A DNA stretch of 63,340 bases, counting the filler, from Choristocarpus tenellus KU-1152 (lineage: Eukaryota > Protista > Phaeophyceae), in assembly GCA_964200185.2 (NCBI GenBank). It is 11 parts of 11 records of this genome, joined end to end, with 100 filler letters (N's around TTAATTAATTAA, not from the genome) between each part and the next. Parts side by side here need not be neighbours in the genome. Positions count along the whole stretch, not along the records: positions 46,700 to 57,554 come from CAXNAD020002663.1; positions 57,655 to 60,478 come from CAXNAD020024436.1; positions 60,579 to 63,340 come from CAXNAD020024962.1; 8 more parts are not named here. The stretch is one strand, 5' to 3'. Below, piece by piece: positions 53,101 to 63,340 of the stretch; position 1 is the stretch's first letter, and every line of letters starts with the position of its first letter. The translations under genes were made by a program, and so were the position numbers. Under the pieces are notes generated by a model, which worked only from the letters and a program-made list of their open reading frames with translations, was not told the origin of the DNA and made no database searches.

Positions 53101-56100
53101 AGCTCTCCAGTAGTAGAGCTACACAATTATCACTGAGTTATTTCAAAATGCCCATTAATAGGTGTACTATTTTCAACAAAATCAATGGAGGTATTTTAAG
53201 AATAAACGTTCACCCATCAACAACCGAGCATACTACTAGTACAAAAAATAATCAAGTTACATTATACATAATAGGTGTATATACGTTCTGATAACATTAT
53301 TCAAAGAGTAAGATGTCACTACCAAGGTTGGGGCCAGTTCAACAAAAAGGTTCATTTTCTGTTAAAAATCAAACCGAACAAAAAAATATTATATAGAAAC
53401 TAACTGTAACCGTACAGAGCAGAAATCAAATTACCATTCTTAGCCGATTCCTTCTAAGTTACCAGGTTATGCAAGTAATGCACCTGATGGTGGTGAAATT
53501 GGACCCCTTTCCTCTCCCCACTACGGTGGACATGACCACAGAGAGCGTGGTAGTGTCGACGAGTTGCCCTCCCATCCTCCTCTCTGTTGGAGGCAGACAG
53601 TGTACATGCATACAAAGAGAAAAAAAAAAAAAGTGCATCCCGCCGTTCACATAAAAAACATAATTACACAAGCACAGTAGGGACAACAGAGAAAAGACAG
53701 AGTTCACAAGAAAACAGGCGAGGTGTGCAATGGTCACAGGGCTTGGGAAAGGAGGGGACCAGTTGAAGCTAATCTTATCATTTTGTGAGGTGAGGCTTCC
53801 CGCATGTCAGCAGTGACAGGCTGAAAAGTCATTTTGAAATAAAAACAGAACATGCACCTAACTCAGGGATGTAAACATAAGCCCAGTTGAGCAGACCACT
53901 TATACGAAAAATCAGAGATAAATCCTGACTAGACATGGATGGGAAAGTCAATTGGTTGGTTCAATTGTGTGTGGTATATCACCAACAGTATAATATCGTA
54001 TATGTGTCTTTCATCATCATAGTAGACTTCTTTCACACCAGAAATCTATCCACATCTATCTCCACAATGTACCTGCCACTACTGTTACTGTAGAGGCAAT
54101 AATGTGAAATTCATAACTGTGGTTGAAGAAAACAAAACAAAACATACTAAGCACACGTGGCTATGCAATTTGCAAGAGGGACACTGCCCACCACTCCAGC
54201 AGCTATAAACACACACAAAGATCGGATAGACCTTACAATACTAACAATGTGTGCATACCCAGGAAACGACAAGAAAGGTTTCAGCACAAGATATGTACAT
54301 AAATGTCACTACACTCCTAACTTAAAGAGTACAAGCATGCTGAGGGAATCAGCAAATCAATGAGAAAAGGCATAAGGTGGGGGAAGAAATAAAAGTTCCA
54401 TTCTCTTCACAGTACCAACAGAGAGGTAGAAAGACATGATCAAATAGGAACAATCGCTGCAAATATTTAGCCATCGTTGCATAGATGGTCATATAATGTG
54501 AAAGAGAGACCCCACCGAGTGTTAATATTTAGCAGCAAGATTTATTGTCTCAAGTTTTCTGGGTAAGTCATAAAACACATCAACAGTCACAGCAGCTGGT
54601 GGCGACACATCAATTAGGGCCCACTTGGCTCTTTGGGGATGAGGCTATGATAGCTCTGATCCCTAATGTGCTTGCTCCGACAAGCCATCATGACCCTCAG
54701 GGCTTGTACCTCCGCCGATGGTCTTGGGGCAATTACGATTCTCACTGTGACCCCAGTTAGAATGACTAGGAATGACTTAGATGGTGACTGTCCTACACAT
54801 CAAAGTTTAGCCATTTTGCCAAACAAACAGGGACTAACGGGCACCACCTACATAACACTTACAGACTGAGACAACAATAAACACATATTTTCAAGTCCTC
54901 AACTGTCTAGTTCATTCCTTATTATTAGGATTGTGAATCTCTGCAATTCAACTGAGACCCGATTAATTTAATTGAATAGATACTAACAGCAATAGAAACA
55001 CTTCAATCAGACTTCTATTCATCATATGTATCCTTGCTTCACAATCTGCTTCAAAATTTCTCACGGCACTTGGTGTTTTCTAGCAACTACCTCACGGCGA
55101 TCTAAGCATCACGCACCTCAAAAGATTCAAGATACTCACAAATCCTTGAATTCTTGACTCACTTTTTTTATTCTGGGTGATTTAGGGTTAGGGTTAGCAT
55201 ACTGCGGGCAAGTCACTGTTTAATACAAGCTCAAGTGCAAACACTAATGAAAAGCCAATGCGTCCCATACAAACCATATAGCATTACCAACCAAAACAGG
55301 GGAAAAAAATGGCAACATACTCCAAATAAATAACCTCGTGCATACCATCCTGGCTTGAACAAAGAAAAAAAATATAACACGGATATGATTATTCCTGTGA
55401 TTCATATTGCAGTTGTAAATACTATACAGCAAAGGTTCCTCATTTTGAAACAGAAATAAAAAGCAGTTTTGCTATTCAAGATGAAAAAGATTCAAAAATC
55501 ACAATAGAAAAAAAATATAATATTTTGTCATTTAATTATATATGTATGTGTGTGTGTCTATCCTGGGCTCAACTAAGGAAAAAATAGAGTACTGAGGAGC
55601 AAGAAAATTCAAGAGTGTTTTACTAATTGTTTCAAATCGATTCTATTGACTATTGGATCTAAGCATATGCAAAGTGTGTAAGGCAACGACTATTAATGGA
55701 TGGGAGCCGCACATGCCTGCAACTAAAGATTTGACTGATTTAAATTTTTAATTGCAATGTTGAATATTCAATTAAATGAATCAACTCTCAATCTGATCAT
55801 CGCGCTTCACAACACAAAAATATATATCGTTTCATGTGTATATTTCGATAATGGACTTAGTTGTTGAAATGCAAAAGATGAAGGGTAAGAAAATAAAAAA
55901 TGGACATGTCCTTTCCTATCCAGGCTCATTACCCATTTGACACAAACACAGCTACAGATACTGACCATGGTGTACGCATCATGATACTGGAGCGTTATGC
56001 ACATACTGTCAAACTCCATCTATTCAGCATCATTTCAAACAATATGCAGGGCGGTTCGCTTCTGGAAACTTTGCACACACATAAAAAAAACTCTCAAATG

Positions 56101-56901
56101 GGGATCATTCCTTGTGGTGATAGGTCGGTTTCCATGGAGATTTAAGTGTAACCTCATAATGTGTTTTTTTTTAAAACCACAAAAAAATGTGAAAATCTGA
56201 TAGCTATTGTGCATTCATAGCCCCCCTAGCAAATTGTTCGGAGGAATTATGAACTTGCAGGAAATATCCCAACACAATCAAATATTCATTTATAGAAGAA
56301 AAAAAGAACCCAAGAGTCACAAGAACACTACCACAGATGATTTTCATCAACACAGGGGAGAAGTAAACACTACATCAAGGCTTCAAACTCTTTTGTATGA
56401 TTGGCTAAAAAGTAGTGTTGCGAATGGTAGAGCTTCAATCATGACAAAGGACAGCTGAAAATGAGGGTACTTTCAACTGCTTATTTTTCGAATGAACATG
56501 CACCATTCTGTGGAGCTTGGTAATTCACACGACCCTGGTACTGTGCTGCACGTACATTCTGGTTATGATGGGATACACAATCTTTTTTCCACCCGATTTA
56601 ACTTAAAATCACAAACGCATTCAATTCACAACACTACTAAAGCAAGGAATCATCCATAAATATGCTGAGCAAAACGTATATCTGGAACCTGGGGATGGTC
56701 AGAGGAATACACTTTAGTAATGGAGGACAGGAACAGGAGGTTTAGGGTTAGGGGTGGGGGAACTAACACTGTACCTCACCTTCGATAAGCACACTCCCTA
56801 GCAACACATATTGCACGTCTTTCCACCACCACCCAAAGCTTAGGATCCAACTGAAACGGGCAAGATTCATCTGAGCCTTCCACTGCCTCTCCCCCTTCCC
56901 C

Positions 56902-56935
<34 letters not shown>

Positions 56936-57554
56936 TTCCCCCCCACCCCCCTCCCCCCCCTCCCCTTGGTCCCCAGATTACCACCCTGCAGGATGACAGA
57001 ACCACCTCGCCCCTCATAAACTGTAGTGGAGCTTGTCCTAGCCCCCCCTATTCCACTCACACTCCCAATGTCATACATATCATCACCGCTACCACCGTCA
57101 CTGTTACCAAGTGAGCCACTGTCCCCTCCCACAGCAACCGTAGCATCTGGCAGAGTAAATCGCTCATTCGAAGCAACATTAATCCCTTTAAGAACATCAT
57201 CACCTACCTGAACCAATGAATCCATGAAATTCCCAAACTCCCCCTCTGCCCCCCTCTGTTGCAACCCCCCCACACCACCCTCCTGGGGCGAAGGATGGTC
57301 TCCAACTTCAATTCCTCCAATTCCCATACTTTTGCTGTCAATGAAATCTTCCATCGGTGAGGCACCCCCTATCTCACCCACCCCTTGAGATATACTGCTA
57401 CGGGGTAGTGCTATTGCATTGGAATGGATCCCAAAGCCTTGCCGCTGACGATGATAATGCTGGTGTTTATGCTCAACATGCCCAAGCACCCACGCCTCAT
57501 CCAGACCGCCAGTCGTTCTGCAACCCCCCCCCCCGGCGGCGGCGGCGGCGGCGG
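47200..57554 (-). CDS. Putative transcription factor with Cys/His zinc finger and Myb/SANT-like start (partial)
   Basis: Phase-consistent exons: (57554)-56780 (Gly-rich ... CVARECAYR), 53583-53484 (REEDGRATRRHYHALCGHVH...FHHHQ), 52924-52874 (MEKVKKHQRAHQASAKQ), 47883-47797, 47272-47200 (GGWTPYMTQCLRALVDEHG, like a Myb first helix). Confidence 0.6.
50861..51415. repeat. Inverted-repeat pair (29 bp perfect, about 40 bp imperfect) around about 480 bp of AT-rich DNA
   Basis: AAAATGTCAGAGGGCATAATAATAAAATA (50871-50899) vs TATTTTATTATTATGCCCTCTGACATTTT (51377-51405). Same motif as the 39640-40235 repeat. Confidence 0.75.
52274..52450. mobile_element. Sola-like MITE subfamily C, intronic
   Basis: GGCTCAAAGTACC ... 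GATACTTTGGGTC. Aligns with 25073-25249. Flanked by TCT on both sides. Confidence 0.8.
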
Positions 57555-57654
57555 NNNNNNNNNNNNNNNNNNNNNNNNNNNNNNNNNNNNNNNNNNNNTT
57601 AATTAATTAANNNNNNNNNNNNNNNNNNNNNNNNNNNNNNNNNNNNNNNNNNNN

Positions 57655-57759
57655 ATTATCCATCCGACGTATGTATGCAACCAAATCACCCCAAAATCGC
57701 GACATGAAAAAATTGACCCCAAATGGACAGCCGCCACCCTCCCCCAGATACTTTGAGCC
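57655..57759. mobile_element. Sola-like MITE subfamily C, partial at contig start
   Basis: AAATCGCGACATGAAAAAATT ... CCCCAAATGGAC ... CCCAGATACTTTGAGCC. Confidence 0.75.
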
Positions 57760-57761
57760 CG

Positions 57762-58279
57762 AAAGCTATTCCCAGGGATCACAAGATGTTAGACTTGGTG
57801 AGATTTTGTTGGAGGGTTTCTATCCCTTCCATCAGTGACTGACATTATTGGCGGGGAGTTACTAGAGTGTGGTAGTCATGTCCAGGCGGTGTGTTTAGCG
57901 TTTTGTCTTTTTTTAAGAGATGATATATATCTGTTTCTCAACTATACACTAAAGTTACGACAAACACGTATATCATGGGATTGAACCCCGTATTATTACA
58001 CATACATGCGTAAATAATATCTCCTCCTAACCTCGACTGTTTAGTACAGTTCTAATAAAGGCTAATCACGAGGGGTCGAATCCCGTCATGGTTACGCACC
58101 CGTCACACATCCGTCAAAAGGCTGAACACGCCGCCTGGACAACAAAAACAACGCAGTTTGGATAACAAAACCACACTATAGTAACCACCTCGCCAAAGTT
58201 ACCTACTGAACATAGAGATAGCAACCCTCCAGTGAAACCTCACCAAGTCTAAGAGTTTGCGATTCCCAGGAATAGCTTT
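57762..58279. mobile_element. Foldback-type element with about 240-bp diverged inverted arms
   Basis: Mirror-matched blocks: AAAGCTATTCC/GGAATAGCTTT, TTAGACTTGGTGAG/CTCACCAAGTCTAA, GTCCAGGCGG/CCGCCTGGAC, GGGATTGAACCCC/GGGGTCGAATCCC. Confidence 0.8.
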
Positions 58280-58930
58280 TTTTAGAACTTCAATACACTC
58301 CTGAGGTATGGACGAGATGACTTATTTCCTTCATAATAGGTCAGAAGTTTATTGAATCCATCTCGTTCAAAAAACATTTCAATCTTACTTTTAGTAGGGA
58401 GAATAATATCGATCACAACAAAGTCCCAAAAGTGTAATTTGATCCCTTGTGTCGCGCATTTTTTGTTGTTGTCGAATCGATTTCTTCCATTGTTCAGGAG
58501 TTTATCAAAGTTCAAAACGGATCAGGGCCATGCGTTCCAGGACCAATGGATCATTAAGGTTGTCCTTTGCCTCCTACTCAATCTGCCTCGAGCAGAAGAA
58601 GTCCTAGATCTGCTGAAGGTAGGCAATGATTCTGTCTCCCCCTGCACGGCTTTATTAAGGCACCTCGCTGACTTTGGACAACATTCTACGCAACGGGGAT
58701 TGAAATGTTCAGGATATGCCGGTCCACCACTGAAGAGAATGCAAGGATATAGCGACATCTCATTTGGAAAATAGTAGGGGGAAATACTCCTCTCCAGAAT
58801 CCGTAATTGGAAGACCAGTTGGAATTTATTGAGTTGAATACCAAATACAAGTTGCCTCTGTTGTCTGACGTGAAAAAACATCCTCAGAATTTTCATCTAT
58901 TGCTCTTAGGTGGTATGGGTCGCTTGTTGA

Positions 58931-60285
58931 TCAGCTTACAACTTGAGTAGGTTCTGCAGCCATGGAGTTGGCACAGAATTGGTCTTCGTGCCTGCGTTGA
59001 GATAATGTGCAATAAACCAAGGTATAGCATCGCAGATTGCTCCTCCAACAGAGCCACCTGCTGAGCTGTAGAACCTGGTGAGGTAAGCGAGGTCTCCTGG
59101 CATAACAGCCAACGAGAGTGATGATTTGCCTAAGCATAACACAATGCTCAAGGGATGTGGTGAAAGTGCCTAGTCCGACCCTATGATCCATATGAAAGAA
59201 TGAACCAGACCCTCGTGCAAGATCCGTGGGTTCGACACTTGTAGACAAGGAGGAGCTAGATAACGATGTTGATTTACGAACTGGACTCTGCCCCATCGTT
59301 CATGGGTGAACCTATGATTTGGATGTGTTCATTATGCCACGAGTGTTATGTTCACCATCGTCCTTCATAATCAACTTCCGTTAACAACTCTTGCCACCGA
59401 TTACATTGTATGGTTTTTGCGCTAGGCGGTGTTGAGGAGTCATGGAACTTGTTTGTCCTCCATTTCCGTGATGTGCTTGACAAGATCTCGTGATACAGAT
59501 CTCTCTTTAATTGTCCTTGCAAGCTCGGTCAAAAGCTTCTGTGCTAATGGTAGCACCAACGACCAGAAAACTATCTGTGTCTGGGGCGAGATTGATACCC
59601 ACTGTGGGAAGGTCTATTCAGACTGGAGGTGATGATGGACCTTGGGGGGGCATGCAAAGGTCTTGTCCATATTTAGCAGAATCCCCACCCTCTATAGATC
59701 TGTCTAGACTTGAGAGAAATACTCCGTGATTGTACAATCGATTCTACTGGGATCCAAACATAGTCTGGATGTTACTGAGTGCCATGGAGGTGGCAAGGCA
59801 GAACAGAAGGGGGTCTAGTGGGTCAATCTGTTGGACTCCCGACCCATATGGTATAATTCTGACTCCACTCTCATCCAAGGGAATGAGGAGCTCCAGTGAA
59901 CCGCCATAAACCTTAGCTATATTGGGAAGGATCACTAGGAGGATATCTTGGACGGTCTCAATGAAAACACAGCAGTGCATGCTGGGTTTTTTTCGACCAA
60001 GCTTTAGACTCATCCCTGTATTAATGTCGGAGCCAAGGGTCCAGTAGGGCTCTCTCCACCCTGTTGGGAACACCAATTCAAATCGACCACTATCTACAAG
60101 TTGCTGCTCCAAATGTATATGCTGATGCAGAGAGACGAGAAACTCTATAAAGTCTACGGAATTCTGTATGGAGAGAGTCAGGTGAGGTGTACATTACAGC
60201 CCAGGGCTGCGCAAAAACGATGGATATGCCATTGTGGCCATTGCCCGTAGTAATCGCCAGTGAATGTGGCTGGGGTGAAGCTCCA
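58931..60285 (-). pseudogene. Decayed non-LTR retrotransposon reverse transcriptase (CRE-like)
   Basis: ORF 60112-59744 contains SGVQQIDPLDPLLFCLA (RT motif GVQQGDPLGPLLF). Downstream FLVVGATISTEAF resembles the VLG.PIG...F motif. Multiple stops and frameshifts. Confidence 0.75.
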
Positions 60286-60286
60286 G

Positions 60287-60467
60287 GACCAGAGTTATAA
60301 TTTGCCTGTGGGGGGGTCTACACCAGGGTCTCCATCTTGGTCATAACCAGGAAAAGTGCACTTAATTATCCATCCGACGTATGTAACCAAATCACTCAAA
60401 AATCGCGACATGAAAAAATTGGCCCCAATTAGACAGCCGCCACCCCCCCCCCCAGATACTTTGGCTC
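60287..60467. mobile_element. Sola-like MITE subfamily C abutting the RT relic
   Basis: Aligns with 33851-34036. Ends CCCAGATACTTTGGCTC. Confidence 0.75.
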
Positions 60468-60578
60468 AGTTCCTCTGTNNNNNNNNNNNNNNNNNNNNNN
60501 NNNNNNNNNNNNNNNNNNNNNNTTAATTAATTAANNNNNNNNNNNNNNNNNNNNNNNNNNNNNNNNNNNNNNNNNNNN

Positions 60579-60639
60579 CGCAACATTGTATTTTGACCCC
60601 CAAATGGACGCGGCCCTACCCTCCAAGATATTTTGGCTC
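60579..60639. mobile_element. Sola-like MITE subfamily A end at contig start
   Basis: CCCCAAATGGACGCGGCCCTACCCTCCAAGATATTTTGGCTC. Confidence 0.75.
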
Positions 60640-61315
60640 AAAACTCAAGATCTTCGGGAAAAATAAATTCCCTTCTCTGCCTCACTTTTAATCTGGAAGC
60701 ATAGGACCCACTATACTACACCTTGAACCCACCTAACCCCAACCTGTGGTCAGATACACTTGCACCCACAGACTAACTGCAGCACTACGACAAACTGCAA
60801 TACCCTGTGCGTGTCTTGATTTTTTAATGGCACGCTGGGTTCAGCCTTCTTAAGGTTTATCACTCCACTTCCGCATTCTATACTTGTGCAGTCCTTGCCT
60901 TGCCTTATTGAAACCCTATGATCATGATATTTGTGTTTTCCATGTTTTTTTGGGGGGGGACTTAGCGATTAGTGACAGACAGGAAGGTAGAGACTAGTGT
61001 TGTGAACCACAAGTATTTAATCAGTCCCACTGATCTAATCAGTACCTAATCGAAATAAGATCAGTTGCTGGGTTATCGTTTTTTCTATTTGCTGTACTGA
61101 GCATCACCAAAAGCCCTGCGAAAAGCTCCCCACCATACATTACCCATCTCCACACACACACACATATATATATATATAAATCTGCGTGAAGCCTGATGCC
61201 GGTGGGTGCATTTGGGAGACCCTGGTGATCTATCTCTCGGGTATGTTCTCCCATATGTGGTTGATGGCGAGAAGGAAGATTTACTAGAAGATGAGAGTGA
61301 GGTATATACTATTAC

Positions 61316-61400
61316 ATGAGCAATCAAGGCAGGAGATGCTAGATATAGCTGGCATGGTACAACACAGCGCATGCATTGCCTGTGCTGAGAGGTCGCAGTC
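61316..61400 (-). CDS. Possible leucine-rich-repeat (RNI-like) exon
   Basis: gacag|DCDLSAQAMHALCCTMPAISSISCLDCS|gtaata, about one 28-residue LRR unit. No neighbouring exons confirmed. Confidence 0.3.
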
Positions 61401-63278
61401 CTGTCCAGCAAAGAGGATAAATTTTGGGCTTCACTAGAGCATCCCCATCAATATTGTGATGGAAGTTCAGCTCCTACTTGTCGAGGGATAGTGCAAGTCA
61501 CAAGATAGATTTACAGTTTGTTAGTGTGGACGATTGCAACCCCAACACCATATGAGGAATAGTAATTAGACTACCAGTTATGAGAGCCTCATGAGTTCAG
61601 TCTATGGAATTGAGACACCGACCTCTTTGTTACACTAACACTATACATTTACACCAAGTCATATGTTGTCTTCCTTCCAAGGCACATAATAGATATACTT
61701 AACCGTGTGTCCAGTGCTAAATATTTCAACATTGTGTTCTTATTTTTTTGGACTATTTCTACAACAAAGAGAGATTTTTGGGTCTGGATAACGCACAGCT
61801 TTTCATCTTCCTACCTAGAACCTCCTGGCTCAACGTGGATCCTGGGAGGGTTGCCAAGAGTGCCAAGAATGCAGGTGCCACCTGTAGATTGGAGGAATCG
61901 TGTGGTTCAATAACGGTATAACAGACAAACCTGCTTTCCACACAAGTATTTATTTACTGTACTATTGTGACATACAAACAAAACAGTCTCTGTTGTTGGT
62001 TGTTGTGTTAGTTGTACATGTGCATACTCTCTCGTTTGTACCTTCTATCCTCTAATGGCATATCAAGAATGTTGATGGTCATGGGAAACTCATTGATCAT
62101 ATTTGCCGACTGACTCTTTGCCGATGTTGCCATGGCGGGCATATGAATGAGCAGCTAAAGGTACTGAATTCTAGACTGGGGATACAAAGAACTGCAACAG
62201 GGTCTGTATTGTTTGCAGTAAAGGCCTTCCAATGCACTGACTGTAGTTATACTATATTTGAAAACAAGAAACCAGCTCGGAGTACATTAAGAGCTTATGT
62301 ACTGGCAGTTATATTTCTATCTCAAACCAAGAAACATATGATTGCACAAGCATTTGCAACTACTCCTACACTGGCACTAAGAAGGCGGTCTAGGAACAAG
62401 GGAAGAGTCCCTTAGGTTTGTCAAGCCCCATCTCGTCCACTGGCACAGTGTCTCCAGCTTGAAGTGCCTGACATCATTTGCGCCATGACGGACAAAATCT
62501 GTCTCAACGTGCCTTCATACCACTTCGTCCTTGCTGAATTCCTCAGTTCCCGACCACCCACTTCATGAGTCATCAGCTCATGCAGGAATTACACTGTTTA
62601 TAAGTTGGGACACCTGAACCTTCCACCATGAAGATGTGTTGAAGTTAAAAGCACAGGAGGAGTCAAAAGTTTCCTCGTACTGGTGGCACTTCTAGGCCTC
62701 AGCTGCAGCAGCTGTCAAGCTATTATCCAGCAACAAGTCTTGAACATGGCAGACCGCTGGGACCTCAGCACAAACCACATTCAGGAGGAGACCCTTTTCG
62801 GAGCAAAGAGAAGCGACTGCGTTGGAAACTTAGAATTCCGCGCTCATGAGGAAATTCTGGTCGATGGTGAAGGGACTTCTATCCTCTAGGGTGCTAGGGA
62901 TTCCAATCTGCTTGCAGGCACTGTTTAGTCGCCTGACCGTCGGTGTGTGCTACCCATTGACCCTACAGCTCTAAAGGATGTGCTTGCATACCTAATGTCC
63001 CAACCAGAGACCCCAGGTTGTAAGTTCAAAATCCAGCTGGGCCACTTTCCTGCCTCTACAGTGCAAGGAAGTATGAGATTGTGAGGGGAGGGTACTTGTA
63101 ATGGACTCAATGGAAAACACGAAGGTTGGGATGATTACTTGGGGAGAGCGTGCAACTAGTGGAGTGTCGGCCTACGATTTTAGCCTGGCCTGGTCTCTGA
63201 TTTTTGTAAGATATTGAGATATCACTATACCCCTGAGGTAGAAAGTTGCGAAACTACCTGCTCCAGTGGGACAGTGGG

Positions 63279-63340
63279 GAGCCAAAGTATCTTAGAGGGT
63301 AGAGCCGCGTCCATTTCGGGGTCAAATTCTAATGTTCCGA
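63279..63340. mobile_element. Sola-like MITE subfamily A start at window end
   Basis: GAGCCAAAGTATCTTAGAGGGTAGAGCCGCGTCCATTTCGGGG. Confidence 0.8.

Noticed and set aside
57960-58100. tRNA gene at GGGGTCGAATCCC
   Set aside because: No D-arm, anticodon arm or acceptor stem could be folded. It is part of the foldback element.
3177-60578. Recurrent TTAATTAATTAA within N runs, and apparent gene neighbourhoods across them
   Set aside because: Synthetic concatenation linkers. Adjacency across them, including the two ParB-like copies, is not biological linkage.

Overview
Eukaryotic genomic DNA, not one locus. Eleven short contigs are joined by artificial 100-nt N/TTAATTAATTAA/N linkers at 3177-3276, 7757-7856, 21722-21821, 25302-25401, 34041-34140, 40771-40870, 43664-43763, 46600-46699, 57555-57654 and 60479-60578. 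GT-AG intron-rich genes, TTAGGG repeats and the transposon types suggest a stramenopile, probably a brown alga (inference). Genes reconstructed by hand: a FUSC/ArAE-type membrane transporter (partial), a SET-domain methyltransferase (partial) head-to-head with a complete 4-exon dihydropteridine reductase (QDPR), a complete Yip1-domain gene head-to-head with an intronless multi-TM ORF, and a Zn-finger plus Myb/SANT-like protein (partial). Mobile DNA: about 13 copies of a Sola-like MITE group (GAG...CTC ends, 4-bp TSDs), a foldback element, a mariner relic and a CRE-like non-LTR RT relic. Most unusual: (1) two decayed copies of a spliced, prokaryote-like ParB/Srx (DGNHR) + HTH-like gene, one sitting next to palindromes and a 210-bp tandem array whose hairpin shows structure-preserving changes; (2) about 30 short TTAGGG arrays confined to one contig, nearly all in introns of the transporter gene, at least six of them flanked by 9-16 bp target-site-like duplications. 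All calls are from manual reading; no database searches were run.
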